Positions 27,529 to 36,163 of a stretch of 64,000 nucleotides of DNA are shown piece after piece (the stretch's first letter is position 1; every line of letters starts with the position of its first letter). Both the position numbers and the translations under genes were made by a program. The stretch is taken from NCBI RefSeq assembly GCF_029937575.1, contig NZ_JAPYPS010000016.1:3706-67705 (forward strand). Reading direction: 5' to 3'. Source of the DNA: Nocardioides sp. (lineage in GTDB: Bacteria; Actinomycetota; Actinomycetes; Propionibacteriales; Nocardioidaceae). The notes under the pieces were generated by a model. It saw only the letters and a list, made by a program, of their open reading frames with translations. It was not told the origin of the DNA and ran no database searches.

Positions 27529-28622
27529 GAGGACGCCACCAGCGCGAGCGTGTCGAGATCACGGATCGCTGCGCACGAGCGATTGACCATCGCCGCGAAC
27601 ATCGCGTCCCCGCGCTCGGTGCGCGCGCCGTACGCGCAGCCGAAGACCGACACCAGCGGGCCCTGCATCATCGCGAAGCGGTAGTCCTCCCACGCGGTGG
27701 CGCGGTCGTAGCCGGCGACGCCGTGGGAGGACAGGGCAGAGTGGTACGCCGCCACGATGCCCTCCTCGTGGGCGCGCCGGGCCACGACCTCCAGGCCGGT
27801 GCCGACGAGGTAGGCCAGGTCACGGGCCGGCAGCCCGAGCGAGAGCGTCTGCCAGTCGACGGCCGTGACCACGTCGGGGCCATCGGGGCCATCGGGGCCA
27901 GGAGCGAACATCAGGTTGTCGAGGCGGTAGTCACCGTGCACCAGCCCGAACCGCTCGCCGCGGGCCAGCGTCCACCGCTCCGCCAGGTCGAGCGTCTGTC
28001 GCAGGGTCTCCACGGTCGGTGGCTCCAGCAGGTCACCGAGGCCGTCGACGAAGATCTCCAGCGCCGGGCCGTAGAACTCTGCGAGCAGTGCCGCGTCCTC
28101 GGGTCCCTGGATCGTCAGGCCCTCGATGTCGCTCAGCGAGGCGTCGCACCAGCGCGGTCCGTGCAGACCGGCCAAGTTCACCGCGGCCGCACGCGCCTGG
28201 TCGGGCGTGCACCCAGCAATCTGGTCGCCCTGGACCGCCGGGGCGAGGTCCTCCATCACCAGGGTGAAGGCCCCGGTCTCCAGGTCGATCGCCTGGTGGT
28301 GCACCGTCGGCACCGTGACCGCCACCGTCGGGGAGATCTCCCGGTAGAAGCGCAGCTCGATCGCGTAGGCCCCGATCACCAGCGCCCGCGAGGCCGGGTC
28401 TGCGGCCGGCAGCTTGACCAGCACCGTGCGCGGCAGCGCCGGGTCGCCGTCGAGGCGCAGGCGGTGGCAGGTGCCCATCTGGCCGGTGCCGACCTGCTCC
28501 CGCTCGACGCTGTGGACCGGCGCACCCAGCGCGGCGCTCAGCCATGTCGCGGTGAGCTCCTCGGGCTCGGTGACGATGGGTGGGAGCGTGGTGGGCGGGG
28601 TGGTCGGGCTGGTCGGGCTCAT
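27525..28622 (-). CDS. Phosphotransferase-family (APH/choline-kinase-like) protein
   Basis: Catalytic loop LVHGDYRLDNLMF and DWQTL. ATG 28622 overlaps the stop of the upstream LLM gene (ATGA). The ORF-track extension to 28823 is Arg-rich and was rejected. Confidence 0.82.
   Translation of the reverse strand: MSPTSPTTPPTTLPPIVTEPEELTATWLSAALGAPVHSVEREQVGTGQMGTCHRLRLDGDPALPRTVLVKLPAADPASRALVIGAYAIELRFYREISPTVAVTVPTVHHQAIDLETGAFTLVMEDLAPAVQGDQIAGCTPDQARAAAVNLAGLHGPRWCDASLSDIEGLTIQGPEDAALLAEFYGPALEIFVDGLGDLLEPPTVETLRQTLDLAERWTLARGERFGLVHGDYRLDNLMFAPGPDGPDGPDVVTAVDWQTLSLGLPARDLAYLVGTGLEVVARRAHEEGIVAAYHSALSSHGVAGYDRATAWEDYRFAMMQGPLVSVFGCAYGARTERGDAMFAAMVNRSCAAIRDLDTLALVASS
27874..27900. repeat. 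In-frame 9-bp tandem repeat (TCGGGGCCA x3) inside the phosphotransferase gene
   Basis: Encodes GPDGPDGPD on the minus strand. Confidence 0.85.
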
Positions 28623-29725
28623 GCGGTCATCCATCCGGGGTTGGCGGGCAGGTCGTCGAGGCCACGGTCGTCGGGCCGGATCGCTCGCCACGCCTCGAGG
28701 ACCGGCGCCAGCTCCGTGGGGGTGGCCCCGTGGAGCACCACGCTGTCGGCGCCGGCGTCGAGCTGGTCGACGATCCGGGCGGCACAGTCGGCCGCGGACC
28801 CGGTGGCCGAGGCGGCCAGCCACTCGGCCGGCAGCACGTGGTCGCGCAGGTGGGTGAGGTCCTCGACGGTCCCGATCGCGTCGAAGGCACCCGGGTAGCC
28901 GACGACGAGGTCGTCGGTGCGGAAACGCTCCAGGTCGGCCAGGTCCCAGCCGTTGGCGCGGACCAGCACCTCCCCGTAGCCCTGGAGGTACGTCGCCAGA
29001 CGACCCACCAGCTTGCGCAGCCGCAGCCCCTCGGGCACCTCGTCGGTCACCGTCCCCAGCACCGACCAGATCCGTACGGCGTGCGGGTCCCGGCCCGCGT
29101 CGTCCGCAGCGTTGCGCACGACCTCGACCGCTCGCCGTACGGTCTCGTCGGACATGAAGGTGTGCAGCACGACGCCGTCGGCGACCCGGCCGGCCAGCTG
29201 CAGGGTCTTGTCGCCGATGGCCATCATCAGCACAGGGATCCGCTCGTCGAACGAGCTGTCCTGGTTGAGGTAGGGGTAGCTCCCGGACGGTCCCTCGTGG
29301 CCCGCGACCGACCCGCCCGACCAGAGCGTGCGCAGGATGCCGACCGCGTCCTCGATCTGGTCCCCGGTGACGCGCTTGATGCCCATCAGGTCGAAGAGCA
29401 CGTCGAAGCCGCGGCCCAGCCCCAGGGCGTAGCGCCCGCCGGAGAGCCGGTGCATCGTGGTCGCCATCGTGGCGGTGACCAACGGGTGGCGGGTGTTGTG
29501 GTTGGTGGCCGCGGTCGCGATGCCGATCCGGGTCGAGGCCGCTGCGGCGGCGCCGGCCATCACCCCGGCGTCCTTCACGTTGAAGCGCTCGGACAGGAAG
29601 ACCGAGCCGAGGCCGAGGCTCTCGGCGAGCGCGACCTCGGCGAGGAGGTCACGGGGGGTGGCCGAGTGACCGGCCAGGCCGTAGCAAGCGAGCTCGGGGA
29701 AGTCAGGGACACCAGCTGGTGACAT
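28619..29725 (-). CDS. LLM-class (luciferase-like) flavin/F420-dependent oxidoreductase
   Basis: SVFLSERFNVKD, RYALGLGRG and TLWSGG. I prefer ATG 29725 (MSPAGVPDF) over the TTG at 29746. Confidence 0.8.
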   Translation of the reverse strand: MSPAGVPDFPELACYGLAGHSATPRDLLAEVALAESLGLGSVFLSERFNVKDAGVMAGAAAAASTRIGIATAATNHNTRHPLVTATMATTMHRLSGGRYALGLGRGFDVLFDLMGIKRVTGDQIEDAVGILRTLWSGGSVAGHEGPSGSYPYLNQDSSFDERIPVLMMAIGDKTLQLAGRVADGVVLHTFMSDETVRRAVEVVRNAADDAGRDPHAVRIWSVLGTVTDEVPEGLRLRKLVGRLATYLQGYGEVLVRANGWDLADLERFRTDDLVVGYPGAFDAIGTVEDLTHLRDHVLPAEWLAASATGSAADCAARIVDQLDAGADSVVLHGATPTELAPVLEAWRAIRPDDRGLDDLPANPGWMTA

Positions 29726-29749
29726 GTGAGCATCCTCACGCAGCAATCA

Positions 29750-29762
29750 GACACGTGTCCAG
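29750..29762. promoter_or_regulatory. GACACGTGTCCAG motif (core 10-bp palindrome GACACGTGTC)
   Basis: Located in the 89-bp divergent promoter. An identical 13-mer is found at 42538-42550. Confidence 0.45.
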
Positions 29763-29779
29763 CAAACGGGCGACAAGTC

Positions 29780-29793
29780 TTGACGCGCGTCAA
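29780..29793. promoter_or_regulatory. Palindrome TTGAC-GCGC-GTCAA (perfect 14-mer) in the LLM / amidohydrolase divergent promoter
   Basis: Read directly. It lies 22 nt upstream of GTG 29815. Confidence 0.5.
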
Positions 29794-29814
29794 TCGAGCC
29801 TGTGCAATGGGACT

Positions 29815-31605
29815 GTGACCTACGACACCATCATCAACGGCGGGCGCTGGTTCGACGGGACCGGATCGGCCTCGGCCATCCGCAACCTCGGCATCACCGC
29901 CGGGGTGGTCGTCGAGGTCTCCTCCGGTCCGCTCGAGCCCGGGCCGGGCACCGAGGTCGTCGACGCACACGGCCAGTGGGTGATGCCGGGCATGGTCGAC
30001 ATCCACACTCACTACGACATCGAGGTGCTCGACGGACCGGGGCTGTCGGAGTCCGTGCGCCACGGGGTCACCACGATCATGATCGGCTCCTGCTCGCTCT
30101 CGACGGTCCACCTGGACGCCGTCGACGCCGGCGACATCTTCGGTCGCGTCGAGGCGATCCCGCGCCAGCACGTCATCGACGCCGTCACCGAGCACCAGAC
30201 CTGGTCGAGCGCCGCACAGTACGTCGACGCCCTCGAGCGGCTCCCGCTCGGACCCAACCTCGCGGCCTTCATCGGCCACTCCGACATGCGCGCCGCGACG
30301 ATGGGCCTCGACCGCGCGACGCGCCCGGACGAGAAGCCGACCGGCGCCGAGCAGTCGCGGATGGAGTCGATGCTCTCCGAGGCCCTCGACGCCGGGTTCC
30401 TCGGGATGTCCTCGCAGCAGCTGCTCTTCGACAAGCTCGACGGCGAGGTCTGCCGCTCGCGCACCCTGCCCTCGACGTACGCCAAGGCGCGCGAGCTGCG
30501 GCGGCTCAACTCGATCCTGCGCCAGCGCGCCCGGGTGCTGCAGTCCGGCCCCGACATCACCCACCCGCAGAGCCTTCTCTCGCAAGCGCTCAGCTCGCTC
30601 GGCGTCGGACGCCCGCAGCTCAAGACCTCCCTGCTCTCGGCCGCCGACATCAAGGCGATCCCCGCCGTCATCCACGGGATGGGTCCGCTCGCCCGGGCGA
30701 TCAACAAGCTCGGCGGAGACTTCCGCTGGCAGCACCTCCCCGTCCCCTTCGAGGTGTACGCCGACGGCATCGACCTGGTGATCTTCGAGGAGTTCGGCTC
30801 CGGTGCCGCAGCCCTGCACCTCGCCGACGCCGTGGCGCGCGACGAGCTGCTGCGCGACGAGGACTACCGCCGTCGGTTCCGCAAGGACTACGAGGCGAAG
30901 TGGGGACCGCGTGTGTGGCACCGCGACCTCTTCGACGCCGAGATCGTCGAGTGCCCCGACGCCTCGATCGTCGGCAAGTCGTTCGGCGCCGTCGGCCAGG
31001 AGCGCGGGGGCGTGCACCCCGTGGACGCCTTCCTCGACCTCGTCCTCGAGCACGGCACCGCCATCCGCTGGCGCACCACGATCTCCAACCACCGCCCCGA
31101 GCTGCTCAAGAAGATCGCGGTCGAGCCCGGCGTACAGCTCGGCTTCTCCGACGCCGGCGCCCACCTGCGCAACATGGCGTTCTACAACATGGGCCTGCGC
31201 TTCCTGCGCCACGCCCACGACGCCGAGCTCGCGGGCAAGCCCTTCATGACGATGGAGCACGCCGTGCACCGTCTCACCGGCGAGCTGGCCGACTGGTACA
31301 GCGTCGACGCCGGGCACCTGCGCGTCGGCGACCGCGCCGACCTGGTGATCCTCGACCCGGCCCACCTCGACTCCGACCTCGACGACTACCACGAGAGCCC
31401 GGTCGAGCAGTTCGGCGGACTCTCCCGGATGGTCAACCGCAACGACGCCTGCGTCTCGCGCGTGCTGATCTCCGGACGCACTGTGGTCGAGGCGGGCGAG
31501 CCGACGGCCCTGCTCGGAGCCGAGCGGACCGGGTCGTTCCTGCGGGTGGGGCAGAAGGTGGCGCCGCGGGTCCCGGTCGAGGCGGCCGGCGCCGCGGCGC
31601 TCTGA
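29815..31605 (+). CDS. Amidohydrolase, N-acyl-D-amino-acid deacylase (D-aminoacylase)-like
   Basis: GTG 29815 gives (M)TYDTIINGGRWFDGTG, followed by MPGMVDIHTHYD (HxH metal site). The ORF track starts at 29719 inside the promoter palindromes. Confidence 0.8.
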   Translation: MTYDTIINGGRWFDGTGSASAIRNLGITAGVVVEVSSGPLEPGPGTEVVDAHGQWVMPGMVDIHTHYDIEVLDGPGLSESVRHGVTTIMIGSCSLSTVHLDAVDAGDIFGRVEAIPRQHVIDAVTEHQTWSSAAQYVDALERLPLGPNLAAFIGHSDMRAATMGLDRATRPDEKPTGAEQSRMESMLSEALDAGFLGMSSQQLLFDKLDGEVCRSRTLPSTYAKARELRRLNSILRQRARVLQSGPDITHPQSLLSQALSSLGVGRPQLKTSLLSAADIKAIPAVIHGMGPLARAINKLGGDFRWQHLPVPFEVYADGIDLVIFEEFGSGAAALHLADAVARDELLRDEDYRRRFRKDYEAKWGPRVWHRDLFDAEIVECPDASIVGKSFGAVGQERGGVHPVDAFLDLVLEHGTAIRWRTTISNHRPELLKKIAVEPGVQLGFSDAGAHLRNMAFYNMGLRFLRHAHDAELAGKPFMTMEHAVHRLTGELADWYSVDAGHLRVGDRADLVILDPAHLDSDLDDYHESPVEQFGGLSRMVNRNDACVSRVLISGRTVVEAGEPTALLGAERTGSFLRVGQKVAPRVPVEAAGAAAL

Positions 31606-31653
31606 CGTCACAGCACGCAGCAGACCCCACGACCCTCACTCCGGCCCGGTGGG

Positions 31654-31703
31654 GGGTTGTGTGCCCGAGCCCGGTCCATGGGTCGGCCTCAGGCACACGA
31701 CCC
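31654..31703. repeat. 50-bp hairpin (REP-like) repeat, copy A
   Basis: GGGTTGTGTGCC...AGGCACACGACCC. The arms pair over at least 12 bp, with a CCATGG centre. Confidence 0.8.
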
Positions 31704-31735
31704 GGTGCGGCTGATGTCGCGGGCCGGCCCGCGCG

Positions 31736-31785
31736 GGGTCGTGTGCCTCAGAACGGTCCATGCACCGGCGTGAGGCACACAACCC
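31736..31785. repeat. 50-bp hairpin (REP-like) repeat, copy B
   Basis: GGGTCGTGTGCCTCA...TGAGGCACACAACCC. Confidence 0.8.
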
Positions 31786-31830
31786 GACGTACGGCGCCGC
31801 GCATCGCCGCTAGGGCGGAGGGCGGAGGGC

Positions 31831-32808
31831 TCAGGCTGCCGAGTCCGGCATCCGGCCGGACAACCCGAGGGCGATCAGGTCGACCGCGACCGACGCCGGC
31901 TCGTGCCGCAACTCGTAGGCCGAGCAGCGTACGACGATTCGATCGCGCGTCGTGAGGGCGCGACTGCGCTTGAGGTCGTCGTGCCACGAGCGCACCTCCA
32001 TGTGGTGCGACCCGTCGATCTCGAGGACCAGCACCGTCCCGTCGGGAAGGTCCCACTCGCAGTCGGTCCAGCGCCGCCTGCCGTGCCGGTCGTTGCGCGA
32101 CCGCTGACGATCCGGGCGCGGCAGGCCGATGTCACGGCACAACCTCGCGAGGTCCAGCTCCGGCCCCGAGTGGGCGCCGCCGGCGATCTCACTCAACGCG
32201 CGCTTGAACACCTTCGCGCGGCGCAGCGGACGCAGCACGTCCACCCAGTCGTACAAGCGCTCGGCTGTGGTCAGTCTCTGCTGCACCGCAGCGGCAAGCC
32301 CCGCGACCGCGGCCCGTTGCTGGGCCTGGTAGCCGGCCCACAGCAGCAACGCCGGCTCGACGCGCGCCGAGGCGATCCCCGACCGCGGGCTGGCCATCAG
32401 GTGGAAGGGGCGACGACTTCGGAAGAACCGGACGCCGTCGACCGGCTCGAAGCTGAGCTCGTCGTCGACCAGCACGGTGACGATGTCGGTCTCCCACCCT
32501 GACAGTCCGTGGTGCGACCCGGCGGTCAGCCCACCGAGCATGCTACGCGGCCCGGCATGCAGGACCCCGACCCAGCGACGCTGCTCCACGGTGAGCGCGC
32601 CGGTCACAGTGCTGACGACGCGCGGGGTGCGCACGACCCAGCGCCGCGCGAGCTCGTTGGCCTGGACCGCGTCCCAGTCGACACCGAACGCCGTGAGCTG
32701 TCGCCTGGCGACGATGCCGCACTGCTGGTCGATCAGCCGAGCCAGCCCGCGGTCGCGCCGCTGGCGCGCCAGGTCGTCGCGGCGGTGGTCTTCGTCGTAC
32801 CCGTTCAT
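31831..32808 (-). CDS. DUF559 (Vsr-like PD-(D/E)XK endonuclease fold) protein with an AbiEi-like N-terminal domain
   Basis: N-terminus GIVARRQLTAFGVD. The C-terminus WDLPDGTVLVLEIDGSHHMEVRSWHDDLKRSRALTTRDRIVVRCSAYELR matches the DUF559 pattern. Confidence 0.75.
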   Translation of the reverse strand: MNGYDEDHRRDDLARQRRDRGLARLIDQQCGIVARRQLTAFGVDWDAVQANELARRWVVRTPRVVSTVTGALTVEQRRWVGVLHAGPRSMLGGLTAGSHHGLSGWETDIVTVLVDDELSFEPVDGVRFFRSRRPFHLMASPRSGIASARVEPALLLWAGYQAQQRAAVAGLAAAVQQRLTTAERLYDWVDVLRPLRRAKVFKRALSEIAGGAHSGPELDLARLCRDIGLPRPDRQRSRNDRHGRRRWTDCEWDLPDGTVLVLEIDGSHHMEVRSWHDDLKRSRALTTRDRIVVRCSAYELRHEPASVAVDLIALGLSGRMPDSAA

Positions 32809-32885
32809 GCAGCGAGCATCGCTGCATCGGGACGATCTGTGCAGGCGTCATCCACAGCCCGCTCCCAGCTCTCAGCGGCAGGACC

Positions 32886-32935
32886 GGGTCGTGTGCCTCA
32901 CAACGGCGCATGGACCGGCCTCAGGCACACGACCC
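32886..32935. repeat. 50-bp hairpin (REP-like) repeat, copy C
   Basis: GGGTCGTGTGCCTCACAACGGCGCATGGACCGGCCTCAGGCACACGACCC, followed by GTACGCCGG. Confidence 0.85.
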
Positions 32936-32978
32936 GTACGCCGGGTGGACGGCGTGTCCGCCCACCCCAGGCGCCAGG

Positions 32979-33028
32979 GGGTCGTGTGCCTCACAACGGC
33001 CCATGGACCGGCCTCAGGCACACGACCC
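32979..33028. repeat. 50-bp hairpin (REP-like) repeat, copy D
   Basis: Differs from copy C at one base and lies exactly 93 bp downstream of it. Confidence 0.85.
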
Positions 33029-33053
33029 GTACGCCGGCCGGGTGGACAGACCA

Positions 33054-33950
33054 TCACGCCGCGTCGAGGAACTCCGCCACCAGCGCGTTGACGACCTCGG
33101 GGCGCTCCACCTGCAGGAAGTGGCCCACGCCCGGCACGAGCATCGCGCGGCTCTCACCCGTCAGCGCCAACGAGGCGCCGGTGAAGAACCGGCGGTCCAG
33201 GCAGCCGTCCTGGTCGCCCTGGAGGAATAACGTCGGCACGATCGGCGAGTCGGCGAACGTGCGGTGCCAGTCGGCGTACGCCCGCGCACCGCGGCCGGGG
33301 CGCAGGAACGCCCGGTAGTAGGACACCACGGCCTGGGCGTGGGCGCGGTCGGGCACCGACGAGAGCAGGAAGTCGAGATCCTCTCTGGAGTCGTAGCCCG
33401 GCGACCAGTCGTGCCAGAGCTTGGTGACCAGGCGCTCGAAGTGGCGCTCGGCCAGGCCGGGGACCTGGTTGAAGGCGATGTACCAGCTGTTGCGTGGCTG
33501 GCGCACCGCGGCCCCGAGCCACGCCCCGAGCCATTCGCGCGACGGGGTCATCGAGGGCAGCGGAGGGACGGCCATGGTCACGATCCGCCGGAACGGCGAG
33601 TCCGGGTGCGCGCCGAGGCCACTGGTCGCGATCGCGCCCCAGTCGTGCCCGACGAGCATCGAGCGGTCGTCACCCCCGAGTGCACCGTGCACGGCGACCG
33701 CATCGGCCATCAGCGAGCCCACCGTGTAGGTCTCGTCGCTGGGGACCGACGACGGTCCGTAGCCGCGCAGGAACGGCGCCGCCACCCGGTAGCCGCGCTC
33801 GGCGAGGTAGGGCCCCAGGTGGCGCCAGGTCCACGCGGTGTCGGGGAAGCCGTGCAGCGCCAGCACCAGCGGCGCATCGGCGTCGCCCCACTCCAGGACG
33901 CGTGAGGTGTACGTCGGCAGCGGGACCGCGACCACGCGAGGCAGGCTCAT
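33054..33950 (-). CDS. Alpha/beta hydrolase (epoxide-hydrolase-like)
   Basis: LVLALHGFPDTAWTWRH, the nucleophile region LVGHDWGA, and GVGHFLQVERPE. Confidence 0.85.
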   Translation of the reverse strand: MSLPRVVAVPLPTYTSRVLEWGDADAPLVLALHGFPDTAWTWRHLGPYLAERGYRVAAPFLRGYGPSSVPSDETYTVGSLMADAVAVHGALGGDDRSMLVGHDWGAIATSGLGAHPDSPFRRIVTMAVPPLPSMTPSREWLGAWLGAAVRQPRNSWYIAFNQVPGLAERHFERLVTKLWHDWSPGYDSREDLDFLLSSVPDRAHAQAVVSYYRAFLRPGRGARAYADWHRTFADSPIVPTLFLQGDQDGCLDRRFFTGASLALTGESRAMLVPGVGHFLQVERPEVVNALVAEFLDAA

Positions 33951-33978
33951 GGCCTCACCCTCCCAGACGCCGTCGAGC

Positions 33979-34410
33979 TCAGGCCTCGCTCGGGGCCGGC
34001 TTCGTCGCGCGTGCCGCGGCCCTGGCCGCCTTGGAGATCGTGTCCTCCACGATCGAGTTGAGCCGGGCCCCGTTGGGCCAGCCCGCGTAGTGGCACACGA
34101 AGATCACGATCTCGCGCAGCGCCTCGTCGTCCAGCTCGCCGTTGGCGTAGGCCGCAGGCACCTGGATGCCGAGCACGTCGGCGGCGCCCTGACCGGCCAG
34201 CATGCCGATCAGGATCAGCCGCCGGTCGCGGTCGGAGAGACCGGGTCGGGTCCAGATGTCGGCGAAGAGGTGGTCGGCGGTGATCCCGAAGAAGTCCCCC
34301 GTGCCGTCGGTCATGTCGAAGCCGTAGACGGTCTCCATCTTCTCCAGGCCGATCCGCCGCTTGTCCGGCAGCCCGTCGAACTTGCCCGTCGTCGCACTCT
34401 CGTCGGTCAC
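33979..34410 (-). CDS. Carboxymuconolactone decarboxylase (CMD) family protein
   Basis: IWTRPGLSDRDRRLILIGMLAGQG and ICHYAGWP-type VCHYAGWPNG. The start overlaps the upstream stop (4 nt). Confidence 0.85.
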   Translation of the reverse strand: MTDESATTGKFDGLPDKRRIGLEKMETVYGFDMTDGTGDFFGITADHLFADIWTRPGLSDRDRRLILIGMLAGQGAADVLGIQVPAAYANGELDDEALREIVIFVCHYAGWPNGARLNSIVEDTISKAARAAARATKPAPSEA

Positions 34411-35258
34411 AGTCCCAGTCCTGTCCTCAGTCGTCGCAGCGCCAAGTCGGCGAGCGGGGTGTCCACGCCGAGCGACTCGCCCAGCTCGGTCGCGAAGCGG
34501 AGGTCCTTCTCACCCAGGTCGGCGACATGGGAGAAGACCCCCATCCAGAAGTCACCGTCCTCGATCGGCGCGGCGGTCTCGCGGTGCATGATCGCCCCGG
34601 GGCCCCCGGTGATCGCGTCGGTGTGACGTACGACGTCGCCCAGCGCGCGCAGGTCGAGTCCCGCCGCCTCGGCGAGCCGCTGCGCCTCGGTCGCGGCGGT
34701 GAAGGAGATGAAGTGCATCATGTTGCGGGCGAGCTTGAACTTCGTGCCGGCGCCGATCGTGCCGGCATGGATCACCTTCGACCCCAGCGCGTCGAGGGCC
34801 GGCCGTGCGGCGGCGAAGGCCTCGTCGGTCCCGCCGACCATGATGGCGAGGGTGCCGTCGGCCGCCCCCATCGCTCCACCGGAGACCGGAGCGTCCACGA
34901 GCAGCACGCCGTGCTTGGCGGCCGTGATCTCCAGCTGCCGCGGCGTCTCGGGGGCGACCGTGGAGTGCACGACGACCACGAGCCCGTCGCGAGCCGAGCC
35001 GAGCGCCTGGCCGAGCACGTCGCGGACCTGGTCGTCGTCGCGCACCATCACGCACAGCACGTCGACGTCGGCGACCAGCTCGGCGACCGAGCCCGTGACC
35101 GTCGCCCCGGCCGCCTCCAGCTCGGCGAGCGGCTCGGGCATCACGTCGTAGACCGACAGCGACAGCTCGCCCGATGCCTGCGCCCGTCGGGCCAGGCGCA
35201 GCGCCATCGGCTTGCCGATGTTGCCGAGCCCGACGAAGCCGACTGCCGTGCCGGTCAT
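34407..35258 (-). CDS. NAD(P)-dependent beta-hydroxyacid dehydrogenase-like oxidoreductase (3-hydroxyisobutyrate dehydrogenase family)
   Basis: ATG 35258 gives MTGTAVGFVGLGNIGKPMA, followed by DAPVSGG and GAGTKFKLARNM. There is an ATGA overlap with the upstream SDR. Confidence 0.85.
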   Translation of the reverse strand: MTGTAVGFVGLGNIGKPMALRLARRAQASGELSLSVYDVMPEPLAELEAAGATVTGSVAELVADVDVLCVMVRDDDQVRDVLGQALGSARDGLVVVVHSTVAPETPRQLEITAAKHGVLLVDAPVSGGAMGAADGTLAIMVGGTDEAFAAARPALDALGSKVIHAGTIGAGTKFKLARNMMHFISFTAATEAQRLAEAAGLDLRALGDVVRHTDAITGGPGAIMHRETAAPIEDGDFWMGVFSHVADLGEKDLRFATELGESLGVDTPLADLALRRLRTGLGL

Positions 35259-36007
35259 GAGCGGAACGTCTGGCCGCCGTCGACGGCGATGATCTGCCCG
35301 GTCACCCACGAGGCCTCGTCGGAGAGCAGGAAGAGGCACGCCCCGACCATGTCCTCGGGCTGCCCCATCCGCTTCAGTGCCAGGCCCTTGACCAGGTCCT
35401 TGGCAGCGTCCCCGGCCTGGGTGCGCGTGGCGGCGGTGTCGGTGGGGCCCGGCGCGATCGCGTTGACCCGGATCTCCATCCCGCCGACCTCGTGGGCCAG
35501 CTGCTGGGTCAGGCCGTTGACGCCGACCTTGGCGAGCCCGTAGAAGCCGGAGTAGAGGTAGGCAGCCGTCGAGCTCTGGTTGACGATCGAGCCGCCGCCG
35601 CGCGCCTGCATCGACGGGTAGACCGCGCGGGTCATCACGAGCGCGCCGTCCATGTTCACCGACATGAACTTCCGGTAGTAGTCCCAGTCGACGCTGATCA
35701 GCAGGTCGAACTGCATGTCGCCGTAGATGGCGGCGTTGTTGACCAGGCCGTCGATCCCGCCGTACGCCGCCGTGACGGCCTCGACCAGGGCGGTCGCCGA
35801 CTCGTGCGAGGAGACGTCGGTGCGCACGAACATCGCCGTACCGCCGTCGGCCTCGATCGCCTCGACGACACCGACGCCGGCGCCCTCGTTGAGGTCGGCG
35901 ACCACGACGGAGGCGCCCTCGGCGGCCAGCGCCCTGGCGTATGCCTCGCCGATGCCCTGGGCGGCGCCGGTGACGACGACGACCTTGTTGTCGAACCTGC
36001 TGCTCAT
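35255..36007 (-). CDS. SDR-family oxidoreductase
   Basis: VVVVTGAAQGIG, NNAAI, YGLAKVG (YxxxK) and APGPTDT. Confidence 0.9.
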   Translation of the reverse strand: MSSRFDNKVVVVTGAAQGIGEAYARALAAEGASVVVADLNEGAGVGVVEAIEADGGTAMFVRTDVSSHESATALVEAVTAAYGGIDGLVNNAAIYGDMQFDLLISVDWDYYRKFMSVNMDGALVMTRAVYPSMQARGGGSIVNQSSTAAYLYSGFYGLAKVGVNGLTQQLAHEVGGMEIRVNAIAPGPTDTAATRTQAGDAAKDLVKGLALKRMGQPEDMVGACLFLLSDEASWVTGQIIAVDGGQTFRS

Positions 36008-36070
36008 CTGGCTGTCCTTCTGGTTGCTGTGGTGGGTGCTGCTGCTTCCTGGCTCACGGGGTTTCGAGAC

Positions 36071-36112
36071 GCGTCACGCAGCCCGTCGCTTCGCTCCTGG
36101 CTGCGTCGACGC
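36071..36112 (-). other. Strong RNA hairpin in the 144-nt gap inside the CYP51 gene string
   Basis: GCGTC-ACGCAGCC pairs with GGCTGCGT-(C)-GACGC, giving 13 bp with a 1-nt bulge and a 15-nt loop. Confidence 0.45.
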
Positions 36113-36133
36113 TCCTCAACCCGCTCGCGGGCT

Positions 36134-36163
36134 TTTCCAGCGCTCGCAAGCTCACGCTGGAAA
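36134..36163 (-). other. RNA hairpin spanning the aldehyde dehydrogenase stop codon
   Basis: TTTCCAGCG / CGCTGGAAA forms a 9-bp stem. The 12-nt loop contains the stop codon at 36152-36154. Confidence 0.4.

Noticed and set aside
31654-33028. The hairpin repeats as a CRISPR array
   Set aside because: There are only four copies, with unequal spacing (82 bp, 1150 bp and 93 bp start-to-start). The units are strongly self-complementary, one interval contains a whole gene, and no cas genes are present.
32477-33318. The + strand ORFs translating the repeats (VCLTTAHGPASGTRPVRR appears twice)
   Set aside because: The peptide repeat simply mirrors the DNA repeat in intergenic DNA. There is no coding-type GC3 bias or start context.
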